Virus record (IMG/VR): IMGVR_UViG_3300042988_001414
Strand: one strand, 5' to 3'
Origin: an uncultured virus (IMG/VR IMGVR_UViG_3300042988_001414)
Taxonomy: Duplodnaviria > Heunggongvirae > Uroviricota > Caudoviricetes
DNA: 20,000 nt
The first letter of the stretch is position 1. Every line of letters begins with the position of its first letter. The notes below the pieces were generated by a model. It worked only from the letters and a program-made list of their open reading frames with translations. It ran no database searches and had not been told where the DNA came from. Below, piece by piece: positions 16,839 through 20,000 of the stretch. The translations under genes and the position numbers were made by a program.

Positions 16839-17024
16839 TCACTCTGCGACGCCATACATGATTCCCTTCATCACGATTCCCTCGGTGAGGGGGTGGCCGT
16901 TGCAAGCCTTGTCGGCCTCGGTGAGAACGCGCTCGAACGCCTTCCGATCGAGCTTGCCGTCTTCGTACAGCGCATCGAGCTCCGCGCTCAGCGCTGCGAG
17001 CTTGTCGAAGTCGGGCTCTTTCAC
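16839..17024 (-). CDS. Small helical protein, candidate immunity partner of the MuF toxin (61 aa)
   Basis: GTG start overlaps the MuF stop (GTGA): MKEPDFDKLAALSAELDALYEDGKLDRKAFERVLTEADKACNGHPLTEGIVMKGIMYGVAE. Confidence 0.6.
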   Translation of the reverse strand: MKEPDFDKLAALSAELDALYEDGKLDRKAFERVLTEADKACNGHPLTEGIVMKGIMYGVAE

Positions 17025-18355
17025 GGAAGGATGCCTCGTAGTTTCAGGACGTCCTCGACCATCTTGAAGCCGCTCGGATCGTTGTCCCGCAGCTCGGAGC
17101 GTGCGGAGTAGTACGCGTTGAAGCACTCGGCGAAGTACTCATGCCGATCCGTGCCTGCGTACCTGGTCACCGTTTTCCCAGGCCGCCCGTTGAACGCCTC
17201 ACGGATGAGAGCATCGACCTTCAGGTACGTTTCGGACCGCGCACGGATGTCGTTCAGGTGAACGTGGTGGCCGAGCTCGTGGAGGAGCGTGTTGCGAATC
17301 GCGTCCTTCGTCTGACGTGACGCGATGGTGAACGTCCACCGTTCTCCGAACGTGTTCGGCCCGTGCCCGCGTCCGATCGACACTCCGTCGAGTAGGTCTG
17401 AAGCGACCCGAAGCGTCCCAGCCTTTTGGCCGGCGTAGTCCACTGGGTAGTACCAACCCAACCCCTTGTCCTTGCCGTTGACCAGATCCTTCGCGCGCTC
17501 GAAGGACAGCTTCGTGATCGGGTTCTTCTCGAGGAACCGAAGCAGCTCGGGCGTCGATGAGAAGTCCATCGCGTGCTTGATGTCGGCCTCGTACTGACCG
17601 AGAAGCGACTTGTCGATGAACAGCGCCTTCGCGTGGAGTCCTTCGGTGAAGGTCGTCGGTGGAGGCGGCGGAGGTGCGGCCTTCGCCTTGTCGTCGAAGA
17701 CCTTCTTGAGCGGCTTCGGAGTCGCGCTCGTGTCGGGCGTCCACTCGTCAGCGGACGGAGGTAGACCCCATCCCTTGTCAGGCGCGTCGCTCGTGGGCTT
17801 CTTGGTCAGAGCTCCGGCCGAGGCCACATCGAGCGTGATGATCGAGGACCGGCAGTTGTGGTGTAGCGGAGGCGTGTGCGTCGACCACCACGCGTCGGTC
17901 GCGGGAAGCTTGGTCCCATCACACGCCTTGCAGATCAAAGTCTCGCGACCGTCGAGGATCGCGTCGAACATCCACACCGGTCGGTCGCAGATTACGTCGG
18001 GGTGATTTGCTTGAGCGTGGCGTCCCGCGCCGTACGCAAGCTGTGCGTTGTTGCGGAAGATCGTCTCGAGCCTCCACGCGGGGTTCGCGACGCTTCCACC
18101 CCACGCTGCCTTGAGCTTGTCGCCGATGTCCTTCTTGAAGTCTTCGAGGCTCGCGCCTTTCTTGATGGCGGCGTCGGTCGCCTTCCACGCTTGCTCCACC
18201 ATCGAGAGCTGTGCGGCTCCAGCGATCCAGAACGCCTTGCGCTTCTCCACCGCCGTCAGCTGATCGGCGGCAGCCTTCGTCATGGCGACCCGCTTTCGAA
18301 ACCAGGCGATCGCGTCCCTGAATTCGACTGGGTCGTTCGAGACCTTCCACGCCAC
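17021..18355 (-). CDS. MuF (Mu gpF/SPP1 gp7-like) minor head protein with C-terminal zinc metallopeptidase domain (444 aa)
   Basis: N-terminal MuF: 'WRLETIFRNNAQLAYGAGR...AILDGRET...WWSTHTPPLHHNCRSSI'. Then a PPPPPP linker and 'LLHELGHHVH...YAGTDRHEYFAECF'. Confidence 0.9.
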   Translation of the reverse strand: MAWKVSNDPVEFRDAIAWFRKRVAMTKAAADQLTAVEKRKAFWIAGAAQLSMVEQAWKATDAAIKKGASLEDFKKDIGDKLKAAWGGSVANPAWRLETIFRNNAQLAYGAGRHAQANHPDVICDRPVWMFDAILDGRETLICKACDGTKLPATDAWWSTHTPPLHHNCRSSIITLDVASAGALTKKPTSDAPDKGWGLPPSADEWTPDTSATPKPLKKVFDDKAKAAPPPPPPTTFTEGLHAKALFIDKSLLGQYEADIKHAMDFSSTPELLRFLEKNPITKLSFERAKDLVNGKDKGLGWYYPVDYAGQKAGTLRVASDLLDGVSIGRGHGPNTFGERWTFTIASRQTKDAIRNTLLHELGHHVHLNDIRARSETYLKVDALIREAFNGRPGKTVTRYAGTDRHEYFAECFNAYYSARSELRDNDPSGFKMVEDVLKLRGILP

Positions 18356-18358
18356 GGA

Positions 18359-18466
18359 TCACTTCTCGAGGATGAACAGGACGCACCACGTGGCGGCCAA
18401 CATCGCCGCGAGCACGAGGAGGCCGATGCCCGTCGCGTTGCGATCGAGGAACTCCCAGAAGTTCAT
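18359..18466 (-). CDS. Tiny single-pass membrane peptide (35 aa)
   Basis: MNFWEFLDRNATGIGLLVLAAMLAATWCVLFILEK. TGATG-coupled to the upstream gene and stops 3 nt before the MuF GTG, exactly filling the gap. Confidence 0.65.
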   Translation of the reverse strand: MNFWEFLDRNATGIGLLVLAAMLAATWCVLFILEK

Positions 18467-18792
18467 CAGAGCTTGCCGCAAAGCTTCGTGTCGAACGTGA
18501 AGCTCGGCGTCGTGCCGGAGATGGTCGCGACGGCGCGGACCATCGCGGCGCGGGTGGCAAACTCGAGTCGCTGAGACCCTGTCGCCGTCGCCGCCGTGAA
18601 CGCCGCGCTCGGGATGTCGATCCAGAGCGCGCCGTCCAACGACTCCTGGAACTTCACCGTCATCGATGGCGTGGTGCCGCTGACGGCGGTGACGTTGAGG
18701 TGAGCAACGAGGCTCAGTGCGTGCTGGACGTTGATCGCGCCGCCGTTCGTCGTTGCGGTGAGCGTTCCGGAGAGCGGTGTCTCGACGTTCAT
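18466..18792 (-). CDS. Hypothetical Thr-rich beta-sandwich virion protein (paralogue A, 108 aa)
   Basis: ATGA-coupled to the portal stop; paralogous to 12977..13345. Confidence 0.75.
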   Translation of the reverse strand: MNVETPLSGTLTATTNGGAINVQHALSLVAHLNVTAVSGTTPSMTVKFQESLDGALWIDIPSAAFTAATATGSQRLEFATRAAMVRAVATISGTTPSFTFDTKLCGKL

Positions 18793-20000
18793 AGATCCTC
18801 GTTGATGGCGTGACGTCCGCCGAGGTGGGCCATCGTGATGGTCGCCTCGGCGAGCTTGGCCAGAGCGTCGGAGTTCATGCCCTTGTAGACCTTCTCCAAG
18901 CGCGTCTTGACGTCATCGAAGGACGTCGCTTCGTTGATGGCCTCAAGGACTGCGACGAGGTCTTCGTCAAGCACCTTGATGGCTCGAGCCTTGGCGTTGT
19001 CCGCAAGGCCGTCGACGTACTCTTGACCCGCCGCAACGCCACTCGAACGACGCACGATCCGACCGGATGCAAGCTGCACGTAATCGGCCATGGTCGCCTT
19101 CGCGTTCGGGTCTGAGTTGGTGTCTGCGTTCGGGTCCGGAACAGCGTTCGGATCGGCAGGCGCCGCGACAGGCACCGGCGGGACGTCGCCGTTGGAGACG
19201 GGCGGCAGTCCGAGACGCTCGCGGACCTCGTTGAGCGTGAGCACGCCATAGTCGAGGTGGTACTTGAAGACCTGCCCCGACTGCTCGATGTCCTTCGGGT
19301 CCTTGAGCGGGACGCCGAATCGTTCGAGGAGAGCTCGGACGTCGACGGGTGCGCCGGCGTTCTGGAAGACGTTGAGCGCCGCTGAGACGACGCTGAGGAC
19401 GTCGGCCTCTGCCTTCCGGTTCTCCGGCGGCTTCGTGTCGAGGATGGGCCACGGCGCGATGTCGCGAGCCCCGAAGTTGAACTCCGCCCACCACACCAGC
19501 GCCTGGTCGTGAATGCACGTCGTGATGGTCTGCGCGTCCGCGTCGATGAAGACTTGAAGCACCTTCCCGTGAAGGGTTGCTCCTGTCGACACCGGGCCGG
19601 TCACCTCGGTCGAGAGGTTCTGTCCGAGGAGAGAGACGCTCATGCCGAGGTCGGCTGCGTTCTTCTGAGCCTCGAATGTCCCGCTCGTGTCGGCCGTCGA
19701 CTCGATGAGATCGAGCGAGACGCCGGGGGGCAACGCGACGGCGCTGTTCGCCTGCATCGCGAAGAGATCTGCGGCGAGACTCTTCCGGTCTTCCTTCGAG
19801 ACCTTCGCGTTGATGTCGCTGGTCGCGACGAGGTGGCCGCCGCCGTTCTTCGCGCTGTAGTAGGCCCAGTCCTGGATGGCGAACTGCTTCAGCAGGTGCC
19901 AGAGCGCGATGGCGCGCCAGACGCCGAACGCCCACGGTCGAGAGGTGCCGTACGGCGTGTAGAGGATCCACTTCCCGTCACCCGGGACGACGTCCTCGAT
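18789..20000 (-). CDS. Portal protein, Mu gp29/DUF935-like (5' end outside the window)
   Basis: The frame is open from 20000 (IEDVVPGDGKWILYTPYG...KQFAIQDW). Motifs 'LLGQNLSTE', 'WAEFNFG' and the C-terminal 'INEATSFDDVKTRL...LAEATITMAHLGG'. Upstream of MuF. Confidence 0.85.
   Translation of the reverse strand: MEDVVPGDGKWILYTPYGTSRPWAFGVWRAIALWHLLKQFAIQDWAYYSAKNGGGHLVATSDINAKVSKEDRKSLAADLFAMQANSAVALPPGVSLDLIESTADTSGTFEAQKNAADLGMSVSLLGQNLSTEVTGPVSTGATLHGKVLQVFIDADAQTITTCIHDQALVWWAEFNFGARDIAPWPILDTKPPENRKAEADVLSVVSAALNVFQNAGAPVDVRALLERFGVPLKDPKDIEQSGQVFKYHLDYGVLTLNEVRERLGLPPVSNGDVPPVPVAAPADPNAVPDPNADTNSDPNAKATMADYVQLASGRIVRRSSGVAAGQEYVDGLADNAKARAIKVLDEDLVAVLEAINEATSFDDVKTRLEKVYKGMNSDALAKLAEATITMAHLGGRHAINEDL

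Larger units (their letters stand above)
1..20000 (-). mobile_element. Phage/prophage virion structural region (contractile tail)
   Basis: Contiguous, translationally coupled portal-protease-capsid-neck-sheath-tube-tape measure-baseplate-fibre genes. Confidence 0.95.

Noticed and set aside
166..19512. Many long plus-strand and alternative-frame ORFs (e.g. 9336..11063, 13907..15274, 6556..7620)
   Set aside because: They are antisense or off-frame shadows of high-GC genes: Arg-rich, motif-free, and fully overlapping well-supported minus-strand genes.
1..20000. CRISPR array, tRNA/rRNA genes, integrase/transposase or att sites
   Set aside because: None recognisable. Whether this is an integrated prophage or a free phage, and which host it infects, cannot be determined from this window.

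Overview
The whole window is the minus-strand virion morphogenesis operon of a high-GC, contractile-tailed (Mu/P2-like myovirus-type) phage or prophage. In transcription order (right to left) it contains: partial portal, small beta-rich protein, tiny membrane peptide, MuF head protein with a C-terminal HExxH metallopeptidase, three small accessory genes (candidate immunity protein, frameshifted nucleotidyltransferase-like gene, Cys/His mini-protein), prohead protease/scaffold, major capsid, head-completion and neck genes, tail sheath, tube, a chaperone with a -1 frameshift, tape measure, fused hub-spike, baseplate wedge genes and tail fibre-like genes. The main points of interest are: (1) a MuF toxin-immunity-like cassette with an adjacent NTase-like gene broken by one missing base; (2) a major capsid protein with an inserted domain homologous to a domain of the same phage's tail sheath; (3) one ~105-aa beta-rich domain present three times, once fused to the head-tail adaptor; (4) structured intergenic leaders. 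All family assignments come from motif recognition and gene order, not database searches.
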